Positions 1-8,084 of a DNA stretch of 12,176 nt are shown here, piece by piece. Under the pieces are notes generated by a model. It was not told the DNA's origin, ran no database searches, and saw only the letters and a program-made list of their open reading frames with translations. Both the position numbers and the translations under genes were made by a program. Location of the stretch: contig JACRKZ010000157.1 in assembly GCA_016235455.1 (NCBI GenBank), positions 1 through 12,176 of the forward strand, given 5' to 3'. Origin of the DNA: Armatimonadota bacterium. GTDB taxonomy: Bacteria > Armatimonadota > UBA10988. Position 1 is the first letter of the stretch. Each line of letters begins with the position of its first letter.

Positions 1-1164
1 GAGCCAGACGGTGAGGTGCAGCGTGCCGGCAAAGATCTGCGTGCTCAGGTCCAGGTTGGCCTGGTGCTCGCGGTCGGCACGGATCCAGCGCGCTCCGTAG
101 CCTCCCTCGAAGGTGCGGGCCTGGGTGATGCCGGCGAAGTCCACACTGCCCGGCGCGTCGAGCCCGGTGTAGTTCACGCTCGGGGTCCAACGCCGCCAGA
201 CTGGCTTCACGCCGGTCACGTCGGCGGCAGTGGTGAAGTCCGCGCCCGCTTCAATGGCGGCCTCGATGGGCCCGCGCGCCTTGGCCACGTCGAACACCTG
301 GCCATCCCAGAAGGTGTGCGCCAGCCCGGCGGTGACCAGCCACGGCGCCGGCGGCTGCGGGACCGGGGCCGGCGTCGACGGGCGCTCGAGGAGCGGTGCC
401 AGACGCTGCCGGGTGAGCAGCTCGGCCGCGGCCTCGTCGCCCAGCGCGCGCAGCATGGCCGCGGCCATGGCCAGGTGGCCGGCGTCGTTGGGGTGGACGA
501 AGTCGTAGGTCACATGGAAGTCCGGCCGGCCCTGCCGGCCCACGCGCAGCGCGTCGCGCATGGCCTGGTTGGTGGGGATGGCGATGGCGCCCAGCTCCCT
601 GGCCAGCGCGGCGGCCTGCTCGTTGAGCCGGTCGATGGCGGCGTTCTTGGGCGAGGCGGGATCCTCGGTGCACATCGTGGCGCTGGCCAGCGCCAGCGTG
701 CCGGGCGTGACGCGCGCGCGCAGCGCGGCGATCAACTGCCGGTAGCCGGCCAGCCAGTCGGCCAGCGACGCCGCGTCCTCGGTCACATAAGGCGACAGCA
801 CGTCGTTCATGCCGAGCATGATGACCAGCACGTCCGCCGGCCTGGCCAGCCCGGCCTGCACATCGACACCCTTGATGTCGAGAAACACGGGCTCGCGCCG
901 CGAGCGCTCCTCGACGTTGAGCCAACTGCGCACGCCCTGCCCACTGCCGCCCAGCGAGACGAGGTCGGGTTGGCAGCCGGGGTGGGCTTGGCGCAGCGCC
1001 CACTCGATCTGATGTGCCCAACCGCCCGCGGCATTGCGGCTCAGGCCGGTGATGCTGTCGCCGACGAACACCACGCGCGCGTTGCCGCCGCGCAGCAGAT
1101 CAGCGGCCTGGGCGGCGTGCAGTGCAACGAGCGCAAGCAGGGCGAAGAGGCGAATGCGGCGCAT
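1..1164 (-). CDS. Secreted SGNH/GDSL hydrolase with a C-terminal accessory domain (3' end outside window)
   Basis: Not in the ORF track because there is no stop in the window. Manual translation from ATG at 1164 (GGAG 8 nt upstream) gives signal peptide MRRIRLFALLALVALHAAQA, then SGNH block I VFVGDSIT, block II SLGGSG, block III MLGMND, block V DFVHPN. The frame stays open to base 1 (...GYGARWIRADREHQANLDLSTQIFAGTLHLTVWL). Confidence 0.9.
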   Translation of the reverse strand, partial: MRRIRLFALLALVALHAAQAADLLRGGNARVVFVGDSITGLSRNAAGGWAHQIEWALRQAHPGCQPDLVSLGGSGQGVRSWLNVEERSRREPVFLDIKGVDVQAGLARPADVLVIMLGMNDVLSPYVTEDAASLADWLAGYRQLIAALRARVTPGTLALASATMCTEDPASPKNAAIDRLNEQAAALARELGAIAIPTNQAMRDALRVGRQGRPDFHVTYDFVHPNDAGHLAMAAAMLRALGDEAAAELLTRQRLAPLLERPSTPAPVPQPPAPWLVTAGLAHTFWDGQVFDVAKARGPIEAAIEAGADFTTAADVTGVKPVWRRWTPSVNYTGLDAPGSVDFAGITQARTFEGGYGARWIRADREHQANLDLSTQIFAGTLHLTVWL

Positions 1165-1217
1165 GGCGTGGCTCCGCGCGGTAGTGTCCCATCGCCCGAT
1201 GGCCAGGTCAAGCGCCG

Positions 1218-2009
1218 CTAGACCAGCATTTCCACCTGGCTCACGGTGATCGCCTGGCCGCCCAGCAGGACGCGGTCGCCGTGGGCGGCGCAGCGCACCG
1301 TGCCGCCACGGGCGCTGAGCTGGCGGCCGACCAGCTCGACGCGGCCGAGCCGGGCCTGCCAGTAGGGGGCCAGCGCACAGTGCGCGGAGCCGGTGACGGG
1401 GTCTTCGTCGATGCCCATGCCCGGCGCGAAGTAGCGCGAGACGAAGTCGCTGTCCGGCTCGTCGGAGACCGCGGTGACGATGACCGAGCCGCTGGGCACC
1501 TGCGCCAGCCGCGCGAAGGTGGGCCGCAGATGGCGCACGGTGCTCGCGTCGGCCACCTCCACCAGCCAGCGGCAGTCGCTGCGGCCGACCCACGCGGGCT
1601 CCACGCCGAGCCCGGCGAACAGGGCCTCGGGCGCCGGCGTCTCGCTCACGGTGATGGCCGGAAAGTCCATGGCGATCCACGCGCCGTCTCGCCGACAGGT
1701 CAGCTCGCCGCTGCGCGTGGCAAACACGGCTGGTGCCTCAGCCGACAGAACGCCGGTCTGCCACAGGATGTGCGCGCTGGCCAGCGTGGCGTGGCCGCAC
1801 AGGTCGATCTCGGTCTGCGGTGTGAACCAGCGCAGCCGGTACCCTTGGCCCACGGGCGACAGAAACGCCGTCTCGGACAGGTTGAGCTCGCGCGCGACAA
1901 GCTGCATCCACTCGGCGCCGCGCTCCACGGGGAGCAGGCATACCCCAGCCGGATTGCCGCTGAACGGCTGGCTGGTGAAGGCATCGACGACATGCAGGCG
2001 GACACTCAT
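1218..2009 (-). CDS. PhzF family (YddE-like) isomerase/epimerase, 263 aa
   Basis: Motifs VDAFTSQPFSGNPAGV, ELNLSETAF (catalytic Glu), EIDLCGHATLA, EDPVTGSAH. Start moved to ATG 2009, which overlaps the upstream stop as ATGA. Confidence 0.93.
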   Translation of the reverse strand: MSVRLHVVDAFTSQPFSGNPAGVCLLPVERGAEWMQLVARELNLSETAFLSPVGQGYRLRWFTPQTEIDLCGHATLASAHILWQTGVLSAEAPAVFATRSGELTCRRDGAWIAMDFPAITVSETPAPEALFAGLGVEPAWVGRSDCRWLVEVADASTVRHLRPTFARLAQVPSGSVIVTAVSDEPDSDFVSRYFAPGMGIDEDPVTGSAHCALAPYWQARLGRVELVGRQLSARGGTVRCAAHGDRVLLGGQAITVSQVEMLV

Positions 2010-2965
2010 GGCGACAGGCTCCCTCGGCCGGGCTGGGTGCTTGACTGTAGCACGAGAAGGTCGGTTCGGCGCCCAAATCCGACCGCCTGCCAGAAGCGCG
2101 CGCCCTCGTCGTTGTCGGCGAACAGGAAGACGTTGCACTTGGCGATGCCCAGCTCGGCCAGGCTGGCCAGGCAACGCTCGACGAGCAGTCGGCCCAGGCC
2201 CTGACCGCGCTGCTCCGGCGCGACGGCCAGGTGGTGCAGGTAACCCCGCCGCCCGTCATGACCGCAGAGCACCGCGCCAATGACCCGCGCAACGGTGTCA
2301 GGAAGAACGGTGTCAGGGACCGTTTCGCTCACGAAACGGTCCCTGACACCGTTCTTCCTGTCACCGTTCCCGGAGACAGCTGCCCTGAGCACCAGGCTCA
2401 GCCCGGGGTTGCGCGCCAGGAAGGCGGCCAGTGGCGCGCGCTCGTCGCTCTCGTTGAGGCCCACGCCGTCGCAGGCGCGCCACAGAGCGACCACTTCGTC
2501 GTAGTCGTCCATGGTCAACGCCGACACGCTGGCGGTGGTCTTGGGGATCGAGGCATGCCCGCCGCCGTCAGCGCCAGGGTAGTTGCGCACGACCATGCCG
2601 ACCGACGGCATCATGCCGAGCCGCTGGTAGAAGCCCTGGAGTGCCGGATCGCAGGTCAGGTCCACCGCCGGCAGATGCGCAAAGGCCGTCAGCATGCGCC
2701 GCACCAGTTCGCTGCCGATGCCTCGGCCGCGATAAGCAGGAAGCACCTCCAGCAGGGGTATGAAAGCCGCCTGGACGCCATCGGTCAGGGCCGTGGCGAA
2801 GCCCACCACGCGGCCGGTCTGGTCATCGATGGCCAGCTGCGCCAGCGCGCTGCCGCGCAGGATGGCCAGATGCTGCGCCGGCGTGGGCACGCATCGCCAT
2901 CCCTCAAAGAAGCCGCCGAGCTGGTCCGGGCTGAGCTCGTCGGTGTGTGTCTGGTAGGTGATCAT
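2006..2965 (-). CDS. Tandem (two-domain) GNAT N-acetyltransferase; C-terminal domain YpeA-like with a 26-aa palindrome-derived insert
   Basis: Two acetyl-CoA binding motif A copies: VLPAYRGRGIGSEL and VAPEQRGQGLGRLL. The second domain has GHDGRRGYLHHLAV and DNDEGARFWQAVGF, typical of YpeA-like GNATs. Confidence 0.88.
   Translation of the reverse strand: MITYQTHTDELSPDQLGGFFEGWRCVPTPAQHLAILRGSALAQLAIDDQTGRVVGFATALTDGVQAAFIPLLEVLPAYRGRGIGSELVRRMLTAFAHLPAVDLTCDPALQGFYQRLGMMPSVGMVVRNYPGADGGGHASIPKTTASVSALTMDDYDEVVALWRACDGVGLNESDERAPLAAFLARNPGLSLVLRAAVSGNGDRKNGVRDRFVSETVPDTVLPDTVARVIGAVLCGHDGRRGYLHHLAVAPEQRGQGLGRLLVERCLASLAELGIAKCNVFLFADNDEGARFWQAVGFGRRTDLLVLQSSTQPGRGSLSP
2291..2368. repeat. 78-bp intragenic inverted repeat (REP/RPE-like hairpin)
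   Basis: Arms 2291-2327 and 2332-2368 (37 bp each) are reverse complements with one mismatch (T2298/T2361); loop CTCA. AACGGTGTCAGG is also directly repeated at 2291-2302 and 2306-2317. Confidence 0.95.
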
Positions 2966-2968
2966 GGC

Positions 2969-3454
2969 TCACTCAGTCACCGTCCGCACCACCCGAAACC
3001 CGCGCGCCAGGTAGTTGGGCAACGCGCGCGGGTGGTCCAGCGTGCAGGTATGCAGCCAGACACGGCGCGCTTCCCAGGCCCAGGCCGCGCGCACGGCCAA
3101 TGTCAGGAACGCGCCGCCCAGGCCCAGCCCGACGAACCGCGGCGCCAGGCCGAAGCTGGCGATCTCCACCTCGTCGCCCTGCCGTCGCAACTCGATGTAG
3201 CCCGCCGGCGAGCCGTCGTAGTAGCCCACCAGCGTACGCAGATCGGGCGATTCGGCGAACGCCGCCCATTCGTCGTCGCTCCACTTAAGCCGGTCGAACC
3301 ACTGCCAGTCGTGGCCCACCAGACAGTACAGGAAGTGGTTGAACCGCCATTGCGGCGCGAGTGCCTCGACCACCGTCAAGCGCGGGTCGGCCAGTTCCTT
3401 CGGTCGCAGGTCGTCGGGCGAGGTTTGTTCTAGATAGGTGATGGTGACAGGCAC
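2969..3454 (-). CDS. GNAT family N-acetyltransferase, 161 aa
   Basis: GTG start at 3454 with AGGAGG RBS just upstream. Motifs EIASFGLAPRFVGLGLGGAFL and RVWLHTCTLDHPRALPNYLARGF. Confidence 0.88.
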   Translation of the reverse strand: MPVTITYLEQTSPDDLRPKELADPRLTVVEALAPQWRFNHFLYCLVGHDWQWFDRLKWSDDEWAAFAESPDLRTLVGYYDGSPAGYIELRRQGDEVEIASFGLAPRFVGLGLGGAFLTLAVRAAWAWEARRVWLHTCTLDHPRALPNYLARGFRVVRTVTE

Positions 3455-3464
3455 GGCGCTCCTC

Positions 3465-4322
3465 CTACTTCGGCGCTTCGGTCGGCTGCGGCTTGGGGGG
3501 AACCTCGCTGAGCGCCTCGCCGCGGGCCCATTGGCCGATGACCGCCAGAAACGGCGCCGGCTCCTCGTGACCGTAGCCCCGCATGGCCAGCAGCGTGGAG
3601 TCGATCTTGCGGTTCTTGAGGCCGGCATCGGCGATGGCGAACATCAGCTCCCAGGTGCTCAGCGGCTTGTTGTCGGGCCGCGCGCGGTCGCCGACGATCA
3701 GCAGGAACCGGCACGGCTGCAAGGAGCCCTTCTGCAGCACGTTGGCCAGCATCGGTCCGGCGCCGCCTTCGAGCAGGAAGAAGGCGCGGAAGTGCTCCAG
3801 GATGAATGGATCCTGGCCAGCCAGCAGCACCGCGGTCGTGTGCGCGCCGTTGGAGAAACCGCCCAGCACGCTCCGCTCGGGCGTGATGTTCGGTACCGCC
3901 TCGAACAGCCGGCCCAGCATCGCGCGGTAGCAGCGGCTGATCACGCCGATGTCGTCCATGGACACCATCAGCCCGCCCGCGGGCTCGCCGCGGTCCATGT
4001 GGTCCTTGAACAGCGGCAGGCCGACACAGACGAAGTCCTTGTCGCCCACCACCGCGCGGCCGCGGTCGGGCCAGCCGCCGTCGCCGCCGTCGCCGCCCAG
4101 CAGGTAGACGAACAGCGGGAAGCGGCCCTCGGCGGTGTAGTTGGCCGGCAGCAGCGCGGTCATCTTGGCCGGCGCCTTCTTGCGCTGCGACATGGCCGTC
4201 AGCGTGTCGGGCAGGTCGGGGAACTCGAAGCTCAGTCGGGCGTTGGGCGTCGGCACCACCGGCTGGGCACAGGCCATGGTCACGCCGAGCAGCGCACCAG
4301 CCAGGATCAGGGCTCGTCGCAT
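3465..4322 (-). CDS. Secreted alpha/beta-fold hydrolase (esterase-like), 285 aa
   Basis: Signal peptide MRRALILAGALLGVTMACA; LPANY...FPLFVYLLGG strand typical of esterases; nucleophile elbow GFSNG (GxSxG); candidate catalytic His in GYGHE. Confidence 0.75.
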   Translation of the reverse strand: MRRALILAGALLGVTMACAQPVVPTPNARLSFEFPDLPDTLTAMSQRKKAPAKMTALLPANYTAEGRFPLFVYLLGGDGGDGGWPDRGRAVVGDKDFVCVGLPLFKDHMDRGEPAGGLMVSMDDIGVISRCYRAMLGRLFEAVPNITPERSVLGGFSNGAHTTAVLLAGQDPFILEHFRAFFLLEGGAGPMLANVLQKGSLQPCRFLLIVGDRARPDNKPLSTWELMFAIADAGLKNRKIDSTLLAMRGYGHEEPAPFLAVIGQWARGEALSEVPPKPQPTEAPK

Positions 4323-4371
4323 CGTCGATCACCTTGGCAGTGGTGGTTCGCCCCAGCCGCGCGAGTCCTGC

Positions 4372-4400
4372 TGGAAACGCCGCCGACCATGGTGTATCAT
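4372..4400 (+). promoter_or_regulatory. Putative sigma70-type promoter for the ior-paaK cluster
   Basis: TGGAAA (4372-4377), 17-nt spacer, TATCAT (4395-4400), located in the divergent intergenic region about 30 nt before the iorA ATG. Confidence 0.4.
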
Positions 4401-4431
4401 CCAACGCAACCCCTTAGTGACGGTGTTGTTG

Positions 4432-6069
4432 ATGTCCAAAGCATATCTGGCGCGCGAGCGCATGTTGTTGAGTGGTGACCAGGCCGTGGCCCTGGCCGCC
4501 CTGCACGCCGGCGTGGCCCTGGCCGCCGGCTATCCCGGTACCCCCTCCACCGAGATCCTCGAGGCGCTCAGCGTGCTCGGCGGGCCGGCGCAGTGGGCAC
4601 CCAACGAGAAGGTCGCCCTGGAGGTCTGCATGGGCGCGGCCTATGGCGGCGCGCGGGCCCTGTGCACCATGAAGCACGTCGGCGTGAACGTCGCCGCCGA
4701 CCCGCTGTTTACAGTGGCCTACACCGGTGTGAGCGGTGCGCTGGTGCTCATCTCGGCCGACGATCCCGGCATGGCCAGCAGCCAGAACGAGCAGGACAAC
4801 CGGCGCTACGCCGTGGCCGCGGCGCTGCCCATGCTGGAGCCGGCCGACAGCCAGGAGGCCTACGACTACACGCTGGCCGCCTTCGAACTGTCGCAGCGCT
4901 GGGGCATCCCCACCATCCTGCGCATGACCACCCGCGTCTGCCACGGCAAATCGGTCGTCGTGCCCGGCGGGCCGACCAGCGAGCCGCCGCAGCCGGGCTT
5001 CGTGCGCGACATCGCCGGCCGCGTCATGATCCCCGCCCACGCGCGGCCCGCCCACCGGCGGCTGCGCGCCAAGCTGGCCGAGATCACCGCCTTTGGGGAG
5101 ACCAGCGACCTGAACCAGGTGGTCGGCGAGGGCACGGCGTTGGGCATCGTCACCAGCGGCATCTGCTACCAGCATGTGCGTGAGGCGGCGCCCGAGGCCA
5201 AGGTGCTCAAGCTGGGGCTGAGCTACCCACTGCCTGAGCAGCGGATCCGCGAGTTCGCCGCCTCGGTCGACCGTTGCGTGGTCATCGAGGAGGGCGACCC
5301 CGTCCTGGCCGACGCGCTGGCCGCCATGGGGCTGCAGGTCGAGGGCAAGGCCGAGATGTACCGCTTCGGCGAGCTGAACGTGGCGCGCGTACGCCGCATC
5401 ATCGCCCGCGACGAGAGCCCCGAGCCCGTGCCCGCGCGCGGCAAGCCGCCACAGCTCTGTGACGGCTGCCCCTATCGCCGGGTGTTCGAGACACTGACCC
5501 GACTGGACTGCATCGTCTCGGGCGACATTGGCTGCTACACGCTGGGCGCGCTACCGCCGCTGTCGGGCATGGACAGCCAGTCGTGCATGGGCGCCAGCCT
5601 GGGCGTCGGGCTGGGCCTGCGCCACGTGCTGCCCGAGGCCGAAGCCAAACGCGTGGTCAGCATCATCGGCGACAGCACGTTCGTGCACAGCGGCATCACC
5701 GGCCTGGTGGAGATGGCCTACAACCGGCCCGCCACCGGCCACGTGCTGATCATCCTGGACAACGGCACCACCGCCATGACCGGCCAGCAGGAGCATCCCG
5801 GCACGGGTCGCCTGCTCGACCATGAGCCCACCCACAAACTCGACTTCCCCGCGCTGTGCCGCGCTATCGGCATCGACGACGTGACCACCATCGACGCCGC
5901 GGCCGACCCCGAGGGCTTCGAGCGACTGCTGGTCGAGGCGCTGGGCGATGGCCGGCTGCATGTGCTCATCGCCAAGCGCCCCTGCCTGCTGGCGGCCAAG
6001 CGCATCCGCGAGTATGAGCGGCGCGCGGAGCGCCAGGATGGCGCTTTGGAGGTGTGCGGCAATGAGTGA
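4432..6069 (+). CDS. iorA: Indolepyruvate (arylpyruvate):ferredoxin oxidoreductase alpha subunit, 545 aa, without a C-terminal ferredoxin domain
   Basis: LLSGDQAVA, GYPGTPSTEI, NEKVALE, MKHVGVNVAADP, SSQNEQDNR, PQLCDGCP, GDIGCYTLG, TPP motif GDSTFVHSG...LDNGTTAMTGQQ. Start at ATG 4432 (alternative 4462), not 4141. Confidence 0.93.
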   Translation: MSKAYLARERMLLSGDQAVALAALHAGVALAAGYPGTPSTEILEALSVLGGPAQWAPNEKVALEVCMGAAYGGARALCTMKHVGVNVAADPLFTVAYTGVSGALVLISADDPGMASSQNEQDNRRYAVAAALPMLEPADSQEAYDYTLAAFELSQRWGIPTILRMTTRVCHGKSVVVPGGPTSEPPQPGFVRDIAGRVMIPAHARPAHRRLRAKLAEITAFGETSDLNQVVGEGTALGIVTSGICYQHVREAAPEAKVLKLGLSYPLPEQRIREFAASVDRCVVIEEGDPVLADALAAMGLQVEGKAEMYRFGELNVARVRRIIARDESPEPVPARGKPPQLCDGCPYRRVFETLTRLDCIVSGDIGCYTLGALPPLSGMDSQSCMGASLGVGLGLRHVLPEAEAKRVVSIIGDSTFVHSGITGLVEMAYNRPATGHVLIILDNGTTAMTGQQEHPGTGRLLDHEPTHKLDFPALCRAIGIDDVTTIDAAADPEGFERLLVEALGDGRLHVLIAKRPCLLAAKRIREYERRAERQDGALEVCGNE

Positions 6070-6535
6070 GCGAGTGTACAACGTCGTCGTGGCCGGCCTC
6101 GGTGGCCAGGGCGTGATCAAGGCCTCCGATATCCTGGCCGATGCTGCCTTCCGCTCGGGCTACGACGTGAAGAAGGCCGAGATCCACGGCATGAGCCAGC
6201 GCGGCGGCTCGGTGAGCAGCGACGTGCGCTTCGGCGCCGAGGTGCTCAGCCCCATGGTGCCGCCGGGCGAGGCCGACATCCTCGTCGTGCAGGAAGCCAC
6301 CCAGATCGACGCCAACCGCGACCGCCTCAAGCCCGACGGGCTGCTCATCGTGCCCGACGACATCGATATCGACGCGCTGGCCAACCGGCGCAGCGCCAAC
6401 GTGGCCATGCTCGGGGTGCTGAGCCGCCACCTGCCCATCGCCGATGAGCAGTGGCACGAGGCCATCCGCGCCAACCTGGCCGAGAACCTGTGGGAAGCCA
6501 ACCTGGCCGCGTTCGCCCTGGGCCAGGGCGGATAG
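6062..6535 (+). CDS. iorB: Indolepyruvate:ferredoxin oxidoreductase beta subunit, 157 aa
   Basis: AGLGGQGVI, AEIHGMSQRGGSVSSDVRFG, SANVAMLG, NLAAFALG. ATG 6062 overlaps the iorA end by 8 nt. Confidence 0.92.
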   Translation: MSERVYNVVVAGLGGQGVIKASDILADAAFRSGYDVKKAEIHGMSQRGGSVSSDVRFGAEVLSPMVPPGEADILVVQEATQIDANRDRLKPDGLLIVPDDIDIDALANRRSANVAMLGVLSRHLPIADEQWHEAIRANLAENLWEANLAAFALGQGG

Positions 6536-6548
6536 GGTGGCAGAGGGA

Positions 6549-6634
6549 ATCAGCAGAGGGCGCAGATGACGCAGACGAGTAGGAGGACCGACTCATCTTG
6601 CCGACCATCCGCGCAATCTGGGTGATCTGTTGAT
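6549..6634. repeat. Degenerate 9-bp-periodic CAGAT/ATCTG inverted repeat between iorB and paaK
   Basis: CAGA units at 6554, 6563, 6572 and ATCYG units at 6607, 6616, 6625. Arms 6549-6577 and 6606-6634 match at 20/29 positions by hand count. Confidence 0.7.
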
Positions 6635-6658
6635 GGCCGAGAAGGAGTAGCGTCTGTC

Positions 6659-7981
6659 ATGAACCAGACCGCGACGTACCATCCCGCCAGTGCGCCGGAC
6701 TACCTGCCGGCAGCCCAACTGCGATCGCTGCAGTTCCAGCGGCTGCGTGCTATCGTGCAGCGCGCCTATGACAACGTGGAGTTGTTTCGCGCGCGCATGA
6801 CCGAGCGCGGTCTGATGCCGGCCGATGTGCAGACGCTGGCCGACATCGCCAAGCTGCCCTTCACCGAGAAGACCGACCTGCGCGACACCTATCCCTTCGG
6901 CCTGTTCGCCAGCCCGATGGGCGAGATCGTGCGGCTCCATGCCTCCAGCGGCACCACCGGCAAGCCCATTGTCGTGGCCTACACCGCCGAGGACATCCGG
7001 GTCTGGCAGGAGGCCATGGTGCGGTGCTTCGCCGCCTACGGCCTGACCCACGGCGACATCATCCAGAACAGCTACGGCTACGGTCTGTTCACCGGCGGGC
7101 TGGGCGCGCACTACGGCGCGGAGGCGCTGGGCGCCACGGTCATCCCCACCAGCGGCGGCAATACCGAGCGCCAGATCATGGTGCTCAAGGACTTCGGCGT
7201 CACGGCGCTGTGCTGCACGCCGAGCTACTTCCTGCACCTGGTCGACCGGGCCGAGGACCTGGGCGTCAACTGGGCCGAGCTGAAGCTCAAGGTCGGCGTG
7301 TTTGGCGCCGAGCCCTGGACCGAGGGCATGCGCCGGGCCATCGAGCAGGCCAGCGGCATCAAGGCCTTCGACATCTATGGCCTGTCCGAAATCCTCGGGC
7401 CGGGCGTGGGCTTCGAATGCCATGCGCAGGCGGGTCTGCACATCATCGAGGACCACTTCTACCCCGAGATCGTGGATACCGAGACCGGCCTGCCCCTGCC
7501 CGACGGCGAGGAAGGCGAACTGGTGCTGACCACGCTGAGCAAGCAGGCCATGCCCATGATTCGCTACCGCACGCACGACGTGACGCGCATCCTGGCCGAG
7601 CCCTGTGAGTGCGGCCGCACCATCCGCCGCATCCAGCGCATCCGATTGCGCACCGACGACATGCTCATTCTGCGCGGCGTGAACGTCTTCCCCTCGCAGA
7701 TCGAGGCGGCGCTGCTGGAGGTGGAAGGCACGCTGCCCCACTACCAGATCATCCTGACCACCGCCCACGGCCTGGACCGCATCGAGGTGCAGATCGAGGT
7801 GACCAGCGAGTTCTTCGGCGACCGCCTGGGCGCGCTGGAGCAGCTCCAGCGCCAGATCACCCACGCCATCGAGCACACCATCGGCCTCAGCGTGGCGGTC
7901 AAGCTGGTCCAACCCCAGACTCTGACCCGCTCGGAGGGCAAGGCCAAACGCGTCATCGACAACCGCGACAAGGGCGAGTAG
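6659..7981 (+). CDS. paaK: Phenylacetate-CoA ligase, 440 aa
   Basis: HASSGTTGKP P-loop, YGYGLFTGGLG, YGLSEILGPGV, EDHFYPEI, RTDDMLILRGVNVFPSQIE, EGKAKRVID; AGGAG RBS at 6643-6647. Confidence 0.95.
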   Translation: MNQTATYHPASAPDYLPAAQLRSLQFQRLRAIVQRAYDNVELFRARMTERGLMPADVQTLADIAKLPFTEKTDLRDTYPFGLFASPMGEIVRLHASSGTTGKPIVVAYTAEDIRVWQEAMVRCFAAYGLTHGDIIQNSYGYGLFTGGLGAHYGAEALGATVIPTSGGNTERQIMVLKDFGVTALCCTPSYFLHLVDRAEDLGVNWAELKLKVGVFGAEPWTEGMRRAIEQASGIKAFDIYGLSEILGPGVGFECHAQAGLHIIEDHFYPEIVDTETGLPLPDGEEGELVLTTLSKQAMPMIRYRTHDVTRILAEPCECGRTIRRIQRIRLRTDDMLILRGVNVFPSQIEAALLEVEGTLPHYQIILTTAHGLDRIEVQIEVTSEFFGDRLGALEQLQRQITHAIEHTIGLSVAVKLVQPQTLTRSEGKAKRVIDNRDKGE

Positions 7982-7995
7982 GCAGAACGGCCTTT

Positions 7996-8066
7996 GATCC
8001 ACAGATTACGCAGATGACACAGATGGGCAGATCCGATATCAGTGTCATCTGTGCAATCTGTGGATC
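7996..8066. repeat. 9-bp-periodic CAGAT/ATCTG inverted repeat between paaK and the ACT gene
   Basis: GATCCACAGATTACGCAGATGACACAGAT (7996-8024) pairs with ATCAGTGTCATCTGTGCAATCTGTGGATC (8038-8066) at 26/29 positions; 13-nt loop. CAGAT at 8002, 8011, 8020. Confidence 0.92.
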
Positions 8067-8084
8067 GGATGCATGGAGACGACC

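Noticed and set aside
16-1221. 401-aa plus-strand ORF
   Set aside because: Codon-aligned antisense shadow of the SGNH hydrolase gene, with no motifs; typical of high-GC DNA.
1218-2009. Phenazine biosynthesis cluster
   Set aside because: Lone PhzF-family gene with no phzA/B/D/E/G in the window; such homologues are widespread outside phenazine pathways.
4141-4431. N-terminal extension of IorA in the ORF track (likewise the extensions of PhzF to 2174, GNAT to 3628 and IorB to 5948)
   Set aside because: They overlap neighbouring genes; recognisable family sequence and RBS or start-stop overlaps begin at the later starts.
2231-4478. Plus-strand ORFs 2231..3433 and 3438..4478 and minus-strand 3430..4404
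   Set aside because: Shadow or alternative frames over well-supported GNAT and hydrolase genes; no recognisable motifs.
7996-8066. Rho-independent terminator after paaK
   Set aside because: No U-tract, a long periodic stem, and it lies inside an apparent operon just before the ACT RBS.
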